DNA of 64,000 bases, from contig NC_086100.1 of assembly GCF_963921235.1 (NCBI RefSeq), positions 201,316,001-201,380,000 on the forward strand. The letters are read 5' to 3'. The stretch is from Mobula hypostoma. Lineage: Eukaryota. Every line of letters begins with the position of its first letter. The stretch's first letter is position 1. The notes below the pieces were generated by a model. That model was not told where the DNA came from, made no database searches, and saw nothing but the letters and a program-made list of their open reading frames with translations. The position numbers were made by a program, and so were the translations under genes. This document shows positions 1 to 12,600 of this stretch, piece by piece.

Positions 1-1352
1 TGATCAAGACAAGCCCTTGGTGGCTCGGGGCTCTACTCATCGGAATTCAGAAGAATGAGTGGAAATCTCATTCAGACCCATCCAGTGTTGAAAGGCCTCA
101 ATAGAGTGGGTGTGGAGAGGATGTTTCAGAGGTGGGGAAGTCTAAGACCAGAGGACACAGCCTGAGAACAGAGGGGTGTCCATTTAGAACGGAGATAAGG
201 AGGAATCTCTCTAGGCAGAGAGTGCTGAAACTGTGTATTAGGAAAGGCTGTTTTCTGGCAAAGTGTACTTGGTAAGTGGGAGGCCTTCAAAAGAAAAATT
301 TTGAGGGGTCCAAGCTTGTATGTGGCTGTCAGAATAAAAGGTAAAGATAATAAGTGTAGGGAACCTTGGTTTTCAAGAGATATTGAGACCCCTGTGGTCA
401 TGGACTGATTAAGGATAGTCAGCATGGCTTTGTGCATGGTAGTTCATAGCTAAACAATCTTATATAATTTTTTTTGAGAAAGTTACCAGGAAAGTTGATG
501 AAGGCAAAGCAGTGGATGTTGTCTACATGGACTTTAGTAAGGCATCTGGCAAGGTCCCGCATGGGAGAGTGATCAAGAAGGTTCAATCACTCAGCATTCA
601 AGATTAGGTTATACATGGATTAGACATTGGCTTTGTGGGAGAAGCCAGGGAGTGGTAGTAAATGGCTGCTTCTTTGACTGAAGACCTGTGACTAGTGGTG
701 TGCCATAGGGATCGGTGCTAGGTCTGTTGCTGTTTGTCATCTATATTAATTAAATGGATGATAACGACATTAACTGGATCAGCAAATTTGCAGATGACAC
801 CAAGATTGGGGTTGCAGTGGATAACAAGGAAGGTTATCATGGCTTGCAGAGGGATCTGCATCAGCTGGAAAAATAGGATGAAAAACTGCAGATGGAATTT
901 AATGCAGACAAGCACTTTGCACTTTGGTAGAACTAACCAGGGTAGGTCTTACACAGTGAACTGTAGGGCACTGAGGAGTGTGGTAGAACACAGGGATCTG
1001 AAATATAGATCCAAAATTCGTTGAAAGGGGTGTCACAGGTAGATAGGGTCGTAAAGAAAGCTTTTGGCACATTGATTTATGAAGGCCAATGTATTGAGTA
1101 CCAGAAAGGGGATGTTAAGTTGAAGTTGTACAAGATGTTGGTGAGGCCTAATCTGGAGTGTTTTGTGCAGTTATGGTCACATACCTATCGATAGGATGTA
1201 AGTAAGGTTGAAAAAATACAGAGAAAATTTATAAAGATGTTGCCGGTTCTGGAAGACCTGAGCTATAAAGAAAGATTGAATAGGTAAGACTTTATTCCTT
1301 GTTACATATTAGATTGAGAGGAGATTTGATAGAGGTAAACAATTTTATGAGG
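1..1352 (+). mobile_element. Degenerate CR1 LINE ORF2 (RT) fragments
   Basis: Translates piecewise to CR1 RT motifs ([37 protein letters not shown]) with stops and frameshifts. Confidence 0.85.
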
Positions 1353-1357
1353 GGTTC

Positions 1358-1660
1358 GTTAGCATTCGTCTGTCTCGAAGGACAATGGGTAATGATGATC
1401 ATCATCACAAGCCTGGGCAGAAGGTATGGAGATCCTGAGATGCCCAGTCATCAAGATCTCCCTCTCAGCCTCATCAGTGTAGTTCAAAGGAAAGCTTATG
1501 AAGCAATATGTTTGGCACCAGCTTGGCTGCAGGAGCTGCCGGAAGTTTGTTCAGCCACCTTACGGGCTCCCCTCTGGATTTTCTGTCTGGGTTTACTCCT
1601 GTAGCCTTCGTCTCTCCCGAGGCTGCCCACAAGGCAATGGGGCTATTTACCCATTGCTGG
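1358..1660. mobile_element. Unclassified interspersed-repeat fragment, possibly the 5' region of an RTE-type LINE
   Basis: Non-CR1 block between two LINE fragments. The motif caaaggaaagcttatgaagcaatatgtttggcaccagcttggctgcaggag resembles vertebrate repeat sequence as I recall it; unverified. Confidence 0.3.
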
Positions 1661-1699
1661 GGATCTGCGGTGGGCCTGCATCCTGACATAGATGTTTGT

Positions 1700-2490
1700 A
1701 TAGTCCAAGGCTGTGTGAAGAGCCATTGAGATTGCATCTGCCATTGACCTATTGTGATGATAGGCAAATTGTGGTGGGTCCAGGTCCTTGATGAGGCAGT
1801 TTAGTCTATTCATGACCAACCTCTCAAAGCATTTCATCTCTACAGACATGAATGCTACTGGGTGATGGTCATTACTCTTCTTAGGCTCTTGTATAACTGT
1901 TGCCTTTTTGAAGCAAGTGGGAACTTTCGCCCATAGCAGTGAGAGGTTGAAAGTGTCCTTGAATACTCCTGCCAGTTGGTTGGCACAGGTTTTCAGAGCC
2001 TTACCAGGTACTCCATCAGGACATTCCGCTTTGTGAGGGTTCACCCTTTTTAAGCACAGCCCAACATCGGCCTCCGAGACAGAGATCACAGGGTCACCGA
2101 GTGCGGCAGAGATCTTCACAGCTGTCGTTGTATTCTCCCTTCAAAGCAGGCTTAGAGGGCATTGAGTTCATCTGGTAGTGAAGCATCGCTGCCATTCACG
2201 TTATTGGGTTTTGCTTTGTAGGAAGTACTGTCTTGCAAACCCTGCCAGAGTTGTTGTATATCCAGTGTCACCTCCAACCTCGTTTGAAATCATCTTTTCA
2301 CACTTGAAATAGCCCTTCCCAAGTCATACCTGTGTCAAAAAACATAGACCTGGGTCACCAGCCTTCAGCAGACAACGTACCTCCTGGTTCATCCACGGCT
2401 TTCGGTTTGGGAATGTTTGTAGGCACACACTCATCCACACAGGTTTTAATGAAGTCGGTAACAACTGCTGCATACTCATCCAGATTCAAA
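1700..2490 (-). mobile_element. Rex1/Babar- or L2-type LINE RT fragment
   Basis: ORF 1643..2119(-): KAECPDGVPG...CANQLAGVF...MKCFERLV...LDPPQFAY..NRS.ADAIS. Confidence 0.8.
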
Positions 2491-2494
2491 AATG

Positions 2495-5400
2495 TGCTGG
2501 AATCATCCTTGTGAACCTCCTCTGGACCCTCTCCAATGCCAGCACATCTTTTCTAAGATGAGGGGTCCAAAACTGTTCACAATATTCAAGGTGAAGCCTC
2601 ACCAGTGCCTTATAAAGCCTCAGCATCACATCCTTGTTCTTGTATTCTAGACCTCTTGAAATGAATGCTAACATTGCATTTGCCTTCCTCACCACCGACT
2701 CAACCTGCAAGTTAACCTGCAGGGTGTTCTGCACAAGGACTCCCAAGTCCCTCTACATCTCAGAATTTTAGATTTTCTCCCCGTTTGGAAACGGGGAGAA
2801 AATAGTCTACACATTTATTTCTACTACCAAGGTGCGTGTCCATGCATTTTCCAACATTGTATTTCATTTGCAACTTTCTTGCCATTCTTCTAATCTGTCT
2901 AAATCCTTCTGCATCCTACCTGTTTCCTCAACACTATCTGCCCCTCCAACAATCTTCGTATCATCTGCAAACATGGCAACAAAGCCATCTATTCCATTAT
3001 CTAAATCATCTATATACAGCATAAAAAGAAGTGGTCTCAACACTGACCCCTGCAGAACACCACTAGTCACTGGCAGCCAACCAGAAAAGGATCCTTTTAT
3101 TCCCACTCGCTGCCTTCTTCCAATCAGCCAATGCTCTAACCATCCCAATAACTTTCCTGTAATACCATGGCCTCTTAACTTGGTAAGCAGCCTCATGTGT
3201 GGCACCTTGTCAAAGGCCTTCTGAAAGTCCAAATATACAACATCTACTGCATCCCCTTTATCTATCCTACTTGTAATCTTCTCAAAGAATTACAACTGGT
3301 TTGTCAGTCAGGATTTTCCCTGAAGGAAACCATGCAGACTTTGTATTATCTTGTCCAGTGTCACCAAGTTCTCCACAATTGACTCTAACATCTTCCCGAC
3401 CACTGAGGTCAGGCTAACTGGTCTGTAATTTCCTTCCTGCTGCTTTCCTCCTTTCTTAAAGAGTGGGGTAACATTAGCAATCTTCCAGTCATAAGACTAT
3501 AAAATATAGGAGCAGAAGTAGGCCATTTGGCCCATCGAGTCTGCTCTGCCATTCAATCATGAGCTGATCCAATTCCTCCAGTCATCCCCACTCCCCTGAT
3601 GCCCTGGCTAATCAAGAACCTATCTATCTCTGCCTTAAATGTACCCAATGACTTGGCCTCCACAGCCGCTCGTGGCAACAAGTTCCACAGATTTTTCGCC
3701 CTCTGAAGTAATTTCTCTACATCTTTGTTCTAAATGGACGTCCTACCATGGGAAATAACTTTGCCATAACTAATTTGTTCAGGTCTTTTAACATGTGGAA
3801 TGTTTCAATGAGATCCCTCCTCATTCTCCTGAACTCCAGGGAATACAGCCCAAGAGCTGCCAGACGTTCCTGAGACAGTAACCCTTTCATTCCTGGAATC
3901 ATTCTCGTGAATCTTCTCTGAACCCTCTCCAATATCAGTATATCCTTTCTAAAATAAGGAGCCCAAAACTGCACACAATACTCCAAGTGTGGTCTCACAA
4001 GTACCTTAATAGAGCCTCAACATCACATTCCTGCTCTTATATTCTATACCTCTAGAAATGAATGCCAACATTGCATTCGCCTTCTGCACCACCAACTCAA
4101 CCTGGAGGTTAACCTTCAGGGCATCCTGCATATCGACTCCCAAGTACCTTTGCATCTCTGCATTTTGAATTCTCACCCCAACTAAGTAATGAGCAGCACC
4201 ATGCCAGAAACCAATGATTATTGAAAGATCATTTCTAATGCCACCACAATCTCTAACACTACCTCTTTCAGAATTCTAGGGTGCAGTTCATCTGGTCAGC
4301 ATCTTCTGATCCTATGTCACATCTTTCTACTGATTTGATGCCATTCTTTACCAGCAGAGCCACACCACCCCGTCTGCCTACCTTCCTATCCCTCCGATAC
4401 AACGTGTAACTTTGGATATTCAGTTCCCAACTACAACCATCCTTCAGCCATGATTCAGTGATGGGTGCAACATCATACCTGGCAATCTGTAATAGTGCAA
4501 CAAGATCATCCACCTTATTTCTTATATTACGCGCATTTAGATACAACACCTTGAGTATCGTATTTGCTATCCTTTCAGACTCTGCATCCCTAATGATTTG
4601 ATACTCAGCTTGTTGGTTGCAGCTAAGTCCCATCACCTGCCTGCCCTTCCTGACATCGTCTGTCCTTTCCTGAGTCCCTTCACTCCAGCTCCTACTCCCC
4701 CCATGCCCCGCCAAGTTAGGTTAAACCGTCCCCAACAGCTCTAATAACCTGCCTGCAAGTACGAGGAGTGAGTGATAAGTTTGTGGCCTAACGTAGGAGT
4801 CAATTTTAGAAAACCTAGCACATTTATTTTTGAACATAGTCCCCTCCTACATGTACACACTTAGTCCAGCGGTCGTGGAGCATACGGATCCCTTCTTTGT
4901 AGAAGTGTTCTACAGCAGGGGTGATTGATAAGTTTGTGGCCTAAGGTAGAAGGAGATGAACTATTAACTTCAAACTTTCTGCATTTTCACTCAAAGAGCT
5001 GAACTGCATATGCATGTAACGAGAGCATCTTGTACCTCCAGGTGGTTCACAGCAGAGGTGATTGATAGGTTCATGGCCTAAGGCAGAAGGAGATGAGTTA
5101 TACAGCTGTCGTTACATGCACATGCAGTTCAAGTCTTTGAGTGATTATGCAGAAAGTTTGAAGTTAATAACTCATCTCCTTCTACCTTAGGCCACGAACT
5201 TATCAATCACCCCTGCTGTAGAACACTTCTACAAAGAAGGGATCTGTATGCTCCACAACCGCTGGACTAAGTGTGTAAATGTAGGAAAATAAATGTGCTA
5301 GGTTTTCTAAAATTGACTCCTTGTACTGTACCTTAGGCCACGAACTTATCAATCACCCCTCGTATATTAGTCCCCCTGGGGTTCAGGTGCAACCCGTCAC

Positions 5401-5560
5401 TTTTGAAAGGGTCATACCCCCCCCAGAAAAGATCTCAATGATCCAAGAACCTGAAGCCCTGCTCCCTGCACCAGCTTATCAGCTACGCATTTATCTGCCA
5501 AATCATCCTGTTTCTACCCTCACTGGCGTGTGGCACAGGCAGCAATCCAGAAGTTACTAC
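2495..5560 (-). mobile_element. Nested CR1 LINE fragments (RT, 3' end, ORF1/endonuclease junction), interrupted by a MITE
   Basis: ORFs 2864..3232 (DFQKAFDKVPH...FADDTK), 3717..3998 (RPHLEYCVQFW) and 4268..4714 (LYLNARNIRNK...ITESWL endonuclease). Confidence 0.85.
4762..5362. mobile_element. Mariner-derived MITE with long (~230 bp) TIRs, TA-flanked
   Basis: TA|CGAGG...CCTCG|TA, with arms that are reverse complements. The arms carry a mariner C-terminus; the related copy at 46733 reads FYKEGIRMLHDRWTKCVNVGGDYVEK* on the minus strand. Confidence 0.85.
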
Positions 5561-5619
5561 TATACACGTTTCTATGGGGATAGAAGCAATGCAGCGGTGG
5601 CTAAGGTATGTGTGGAACA

Positions 5620-6960
5620 TCTGCAGCATGACACGGGTGAATTAACAACAGAAAGCAAAGAAATGGCAAATAGGTGAAATCATTTCTTTTTTGGTATCAA
5701 TTTTCACTGTGGAGGACATGCAAAATCTCCCTGGGACAATTTCAAATAACCCAAGCCTAACCCTAGAAGAGGTAAAGAATCAGAGAAACTCATGGGGCTA
5801 AAGGTAGATAAATTACCAGGACTCAACAGCTTGCATGCTTGTCAGAGTCAGACAGCATAGAATTAGGCCTATCGACCCAACTGGTCCATGCCAACAAACA
5901 TGGGCGCAGGTTTGTGGTGAGAGGCAATGGGAATAGGACCATGGCATGTGGGAGTTGTTTAAAATGCCACCTGATCAGAGTTCAGGACCGACATGATAAG
6001 GACGGCAGAGTAAGGGAACAGTAGATGACCAGAGAGGTTATGGACTTACAATTATTTGCACTGTACTGCTGCTGCAAAACGACACATTTCACATCATATA
6101 AGACACTGATATTAACTCTGATTCTAAACTCAGTCAAACAGATACATAAAATGTACAGAAGTAGAAATGAGACAGGTCGCTTGGGAAACATCGAGATAGC
6201 AGGAAAGAGTGGAAGCAGGGGATTAGGAAGGCCAAAAGGGGTGAAATGTCCCAGCAAATCAAACTAAAGCAAATCCCAAGTCATTCTATATATACATATC
6301 AAGAGCAAGAGGATAATTTGGGACAGGATAGGACCACTAAAGGTTAAAGGAGGGAACATATGCTTGGAGGCAGAGGATGCGGGTGAGGTACTGAATGAGT
6401 CCTTTCTATCAGTATTTACTGAGAAAGAAAGGGAGGATGATGAGATAATTGTGGAGTGTGCTAATATGCTATGGCATGCTAAGATAAAGGAGGGAGTGTT
6501 GGGACTCTTGAAGGATAACTCCCCAGATCCTGATGGGATATACCCAGGTTATTCAGAGAGGCAAGAGAAGAGATTGCTGGAGCCTTGAGGAAGATTTTTA
6601 AATCCTCACTAGCAACACGTGTGATCCTGAAGGGGTGGAGAATAGTCAGTGTTTTTCCTTTGTTGATCAAGAAAGGAAATGGGGATAATCCAGGAAATTA
6701 TAGGCCAGTGAATCTCACATCAATGGCAGTGCATCCACTGGATAGGATTCTTAGAGATGGAACTTTGCTCATTTGGAAAATCTTGGCTGATGAAGGACAG
6801 TCAGTATTGGTAATGCAGGGATAGACATGTTTTAGAAACAGATTATATCTTTTGGGAAGGTGAAGGGCAGTAGATTTTATTAAGTAATCTGACAAGATAC
6901 CTCATTAGGCTGATCCAGAAGGCTAAAATGCATGAGATCCACAGCAAATGTGTATTCAGA
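5620..6960 (+). mobile_element. Old, degenerate CR1 ORF2 fragments
   Basis: EVLNESFLSVFT, SPDPDGIYP and GNYRPVNLTS motifs in short ORFs 6364-6824. Confidence 0.7.
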
Positions 6961-7474
6961 ATTGACTTGGTTCTATGTTCCCAAAAGTTGGAGAAATCAA
7001 TGTTCATGCTACATGTTTCACCCATAAACATTTGCTCCAAATCCTCCCCCCCCCATACTTTTAAACTGTGTCCCTTCCGATTTTCTTTCCAGTCCTGAAG
7101 GATCTCAACCCAAAATGCCGTGTCCATTTCCCTCCATAGATGCTGCCTGACCCACTGAACTGCTCCAGAATTTTGAGTGTTGCCCCATTCCCATGCGTAC
7201 TGCTTTGTGCGCTAAACCCTCTTGTAGCGTTCCTGAGTCATTGGAACATTTGGCCACATCACCTTTCACTCCCACACTGGAGTTGGTGGGTGTGAATTCA
7301 ATTCCCAATGTGCCACCCTGGACTTCAGAGAATGCTGCCTCACAAGGGCAATGCGGATCCAGCCAGTGAACAGAACTAATACTAACTTTTATTCAACAAT
7401 GCTTTTTTAAGTGTCTTTAAACTTATTCACATAATTCTATTGAAGGGAATTCAATGCTTTACTATTTTTTACAG

Positions 7475-7598
7475 GTTTGCAACAATAACAACAATTGTCA
7501 TTGTGAAAATGGCTGGGCTCCACCCTTTTGCGATAAAAAGGGGCGAGGAGGCAGCAAGGACAGTGGGCCCACAGAGGAAATTAAAAAAAGTACTAAAG
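7475..7598 (+). CDS. ADAM gene A, EGF-like domain exon
   Basis: ttttttacag|GTT...AAAG|gtaggc. Encodes [41 protein letters not shown], the ADAM CNNxxNCHCxxGWAPPxC...GGSxDSGP signature. Ends in phase 1. Confidence 0.92.
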
Positions 7599-7689
7599 GT
7601 AGGCATGAACTTGTTCTTTTGCCTGCTACACTGAAAGTCCTTTATTTGGTAAAGCTGAAGATTTTTAACTGCTTTCCTTGCAAACTAAC

Positions 7690-9040
7690 ACATACAGACA
7701 TGCATGAAATGGAAGAGATGCGGTTGAGGGCAGTGTTGATGGTGGAGGACATCTCCTTCATTCTAGAATGAAAAGCCTCACCCTAACAGCAGGTGCGGCG
7801 GATGGAGGAATTGAGAAAATGGGATGGTGTTTTTACAGGTATCAGGTGGGACGACATGTAGTCCGGATAGCTGTGAGAGTCAATTCTCTCATCCACCACC
7901 ACCAGCCTCATAGCTCCCACACCCCGCACCTCCTGTTTCTACCTCCTACCTAAGATCCACAGACCGACTTGTCCAGGTTTCTGCTTGTTCCTGCCCCACT
8001 GTACTCATGTCAGAATACTTTGACTCTGTTTGTCCTCCTTTTTCAAAGAAAGGGGCTTCCCTTCCTCTACCATCAACGCTGCCCTCAACTGCCTCTCTTC
8101 CATTTCATGTCTGTTCTTACCCCATCTTCCCTCCACCCGACCTCACCTACCACCCCACCAACATCCGTGACCAGCACATAATTCTCCGAAACTTCTGCCA
8201 CCTCTAACGGGATCCCACCACCAAACACATCTTACCCTCACCACCCCACTTTCTGCTTTCCACAGGGATCATTCCTTACACAACTTCTTTGTTCATTCAT
8301 CCCTCCCCACTGATCTCCCTCCTGGCACTTAACCTTGCAAGCGGAACAAGTGCTATATCTGTCCCTACACTTCCTCCCTCACTACCATTCAGGGCCCCCG
8401 ACAGTCCTTGCAGGTGAGGCATCACTTCACCTGTGAGTCTGTTCAAGTCACTTACTGTGTTTGCTGTTCCCGGCGTGGCCTCCTGTATATTGGTGAGACC
8501 CGATATAGATTGGGAGACCGCTTCGCCGAGCACTTATGCTCCGTCAGCCAGAACAAGCGGAATCTCCCAGTGGCCACCCATTTTAATTCCACTTCCCATT
8601 CCCATACTGATATGTCCATCCATGGCCTCCTCCACTGTCGTGATGAGGCCACACTTAGGTTGGAGGAACAACACCTTATATTCTGTTTGGGTAGCCTCCA
8701 ACCTGATACCAAGAACATCGATTTCTCAAACTTCCAGTAAAGCCCCCTACCCCCTTTACCATTTCCCATCCCCTTTTCCATCTCTCACCTCATCTCTTTG
8801 CCCACCCATCACCTCCCTCTGGTGCTCCTCCCCCCTTTTTCTTTCTTCCATGGCCTTCGGTCTCTTTCACCAATCAACTTCCCAACTCTTTACTTCATCC
8901 CTCTCCCTCCAGGTTTCACCTATCACCCGATGTTTCTCTCTCCCCTCCCCTCACCTCACCTTTTAATTCTACTGCTCAGCCTTTTTTTCCTCCAGTCCTG
9001 CCAAAGGGTTTCGGCTCAAAGCATCGACTGTACTGTTTCC
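7690..9040 (+). mobile_element. Penelope-like retroelement (RT C-terminus and GIY-YIG endonuclease) with inverted 5' piece
   Basis: ORF 8408..8740 QVRHHFTCES..YCVCC..LYIGET..RL.DRFAEH is a GIY-YIG domain. About 7690-7880 is antisense Penelope RT sequence. Pyrimidine-rich 3' tail. Confidence 0.85.
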
Positions 9041-9321
9041 TCTGGTATTGCAAAATGATCTGTCGATAGTAGTTGCTTAGTGAGTTTCTCAGACTGGCCT
9101 GGCTAAAATCTCTCAAAACGATGGTGATAGTGTTAGTGTCATCAGCCAGCCCCAGACTTCTCAGCATAACATCCAGACTTTCAATGGTGCAACACTGGCA
9201 GTTGTGATCGATATGTAAATGTCAGTGTGACCCATTCTAGTGTTTCAGCACTATGATCTTACATGAATTCCAAATGCCTGCCAGCTAAGCAGACTAAACC
9301 ATCTGTCTTCTGTTTGATTAG

Positions 9322-9469
9322 AAACACTGAACCCAATTCCTCTGGTTATTGCAATTGCGGCACCAGCCTTAGCAATTACAATGCTAACCTACTCTATGCA
9401 GTGCCGAAGAAAGAAGGTGAAAGGACGTAGAAGATCTGCAGTGAAAGCAGTTGGAAGTTATTGTTCCAG
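9322..9469 (+). CDS. ADAM gene A, transmembrane and juxtamembrane exon
   Basis: gtttgattag|AA...CCAG|gtaagg. The phase-1 join gives ETLNPIPLVIAIAAPALAITMLTYSMQCRRKKVKGRRRSAVKAVGSYCS: a hydrophobic segment followed by a basic stop-transfer cluster. Confidence 0.85.
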
Positions 9470-9679
9470 GTAAGGTTTAACAGGGAGACTTGGTGTGAGT
9501 GTTCAGCTGTAAGTGTGTGGAGGGGGAGAAGAACTGGGAGTGTGAGTCCCGAGGATCAGTGGAGTGGTCTTTCCTGATGCTTGTCTCATTGCTGTCATAC
9601 TCCTAATAACTGGGTGTCATTCACCCAGACCTGTGTAATCCCCATTGACATCATCTGACTTGCTTTATCTCTCTATCAC

Positions 9680-12600
9680 TGAACACAGAACATTACAGAA
9701 TGGACAGGCCCTTCAGCCCACCATGTTGTGCCAACCTTTTAACCTACTCCAATCAAACCCTTCTCTCCCACATTTGGAGAATTTTAAATGTCCTTGAGAT
9801 GCCCTGGGAAAACGTCTCTGGCTGTCCACTCAATCTATGCCCTTTATCATCTTGCACACCTCTTTCAAGCCATACCTCATTCTCGTTCTGTCCAAAGAGA
9901 AAAGCCCTCGCTCCTTCAACCTATCCTCATAATACATGCTGTCTGGTCCAGGCAACATCTTGATAAGTCTCTGCTGCACCCTCCCTACAGCTCCTACATC
10001 CTTACTTTAATAGGGGTGACTAGAACTGGACACAATATTTCAAATATTGTCTAACCAGGATTGTATAGAACAGCAACATTATCCCACGGATATCACAATC
10101 CCCTGACTGAAGACCAACACACCAGATGCCTTCTTAACAACTTTATCAACATGTGTGGCAAGTTGAGGAATAAATGGATGTGGACCCCAAGATCTCTCTG
10201 TCCCTCGACATTGTATTCTCTCTTCAAATTTGACTTTCCAAAATGAACCACTTCATACTTTTCCAGAATAAATTCCATCTTCTGCTTCCCAGCCCAGATC
10301 TGCATCCTGTGAATGTCTGCTTGTAACTCATGACAACCTTCTACACTGTCCACAACTTCACCAATCTTTGTGTCATCAACAATCTTACTAACCCACTCTT
10401 CCACTTCCTCATCCAACTCATTTATAAAAAATCACAAAGAGCAGGCTTTTCAGAACAGATCTATGTAGAACACTACTGGTCACGGAACTCAAGGCAGAAT
10501 ACCCTCCCACTACCACCACCCTCTGATGGACAAGCCAATTCTGAAACCACACAGCCACGTTTTTCTGGATCCTGTGCCTCCTGTCTCTGTCAATGAGCCC
10601 ACCACGTAGACAACTTTGTTCAATACCTTCCTGAAATGTCAAGCAGTAGTAAATCAGGGCAACTGGACTTGCTGTGCTGTCTAGAAGACGTTTTGCCACT
10701 AATTCAAGAGGCTCCTTCAGTTCTCCAATTCAAGCAACATCCTTGTAAATCTTTTCTGCACTCTCTATACTATCCATATTCTTCCTGCAGTAAGGTGATC
10801 AAAACTGAACACAGTACTCCAAGTGGGGTCCAACTAAGCTCTTATATAGCTGTAGCATTACCTCATGGCTCTTGAACTCAATCCCACAGTTGATGAAGGC
10901 CCACACACCATATGCTTAATAACACTGTCAACCAGCACAGCAGCTTTGAGTGTCGTATTGACATGGACCCCAAAATTTTGCTGATCCTCCACACTGCCAA
11001 GAGTCTTATCATTAATATCATATTCTGTCTTCAAATTTGACCTACCGAAATGCACTATTTCACACTCATCTGGGTTGAACTCCCTCTGCCACTTCTCAGC
11101 CCAGTTCTGCATCCTATCGATGTCCCGCTATAACCTCGGTCAACCCTCCAGACTATCCACAACACCCCCAACTTTTGTATCATCAGCAAACCTACTAACC
11201 CATCCTTCCAATTCCTCATCCAAGTCATTTATAAAAATCTCAAACAGGAGGAGTCCCAGAAAAGGTCTCTGTGGAACACCACTGTTCACCGTCCACTGTG
11301 TAGAATACGAACCATCCACAACCACACTTTGCCTTCTGTGGGCAAGCCAATTCTGGATCCACAAAGCAATATCTCCTTATATCTCATGCCTCATCACTTT
11401 CTGATCGGGCCTTGCACAGGGAACCTTTACTGAAATCCATATACAGTACATCCACTGCTCTACCTCCATCAACTTGTTTTGTTACATCCTCAAAGAATTC
11501 AATCAGGTTTGTAAAGCATGACCTGCCCTTGACAAAGCCATGCTGACTATCCCTAATCAGATTATGTCTCTCAAATGTTCATAAATCCTGCCTCTCAGGG
11601 TCTTCTCCAACAACTTGCCCACCACTGAAGTCAAATTCTCTGGTCTATAATTTCCTGGGTTACCTCTACTCCCTTTCTTGAACAAGGGAACAACATTTGC
11701 AACCCTCCAATCCTCTGGTACCTCTCCCGTCCCTATTAATGATGCAAATATCATCGCAAGAGGCTCAGCAATCTCCTCCCTCGCACCCACAGTAGCCTGG
11801 GTTATATCTTATCTGGTCCTGGTGACTTATCTAACTTAATGCTTTTCAAAAGCTCCAGCACATCCTTTCTTAATGTTTATATGCTCAAGCGTTTCAGTCT
11901 GCTATAAGTCATCCCCACAACTGCCAAGGTCCTCTTCCCTGGTAAACACAGAAGCAAAGTATTCATTAAGTAGCTCCACTACTTTCTCAGACTTCATGTA
12001 CACGTTTCCACTATCGCACCTGGTTGGTCCTATTCTCACATGGCTCATCCTCTTGCTCTTCACATACTTGCAGAATGCCTTGGGGTTTCCCTTAACCATG
12101 CACACCAAAGCCTTCTCATGGCCCCTTCTGGCTCTCCTAATTCCATTCTTAAGCTCCTTCCTAGCAACCTTGTAATTTTCTAGAGCTCTAACAGTGCCTA
12201 GTTTCTTGAACCTCTCGTAAGCTTTCCTTTCCTTCTTAATGAGATTTTCTACATACTTTGTACACCATAGTTCTTTTACCCTACCATCCTTTCCCTGCCT
12301 CAGTGGAACATACCAATGCAGAACTCCATGCAAATGTTCCTTGAATATTTGCCACATTTCTGTCGTGCATTTCCCTGAGAACATCTGCTCCCAAGTTCCT
12401 GCCTAATAGCATCATATTTTTCCCTACCCCAATTAAATGCTTTCCCAAGTTCTCTGCTCCTATCCCTCTCCAGCACCATGGTGAAGGAGATAGAGTTGTG
12501 GTCACTACCTCCAAAATGCGCTCCCACCGAGAGATCTGACACCTGACCAGGTTCATTTTTCAATACCAGCTCAAGTACAGCCTCTTCTCGAGTTGGCTTA

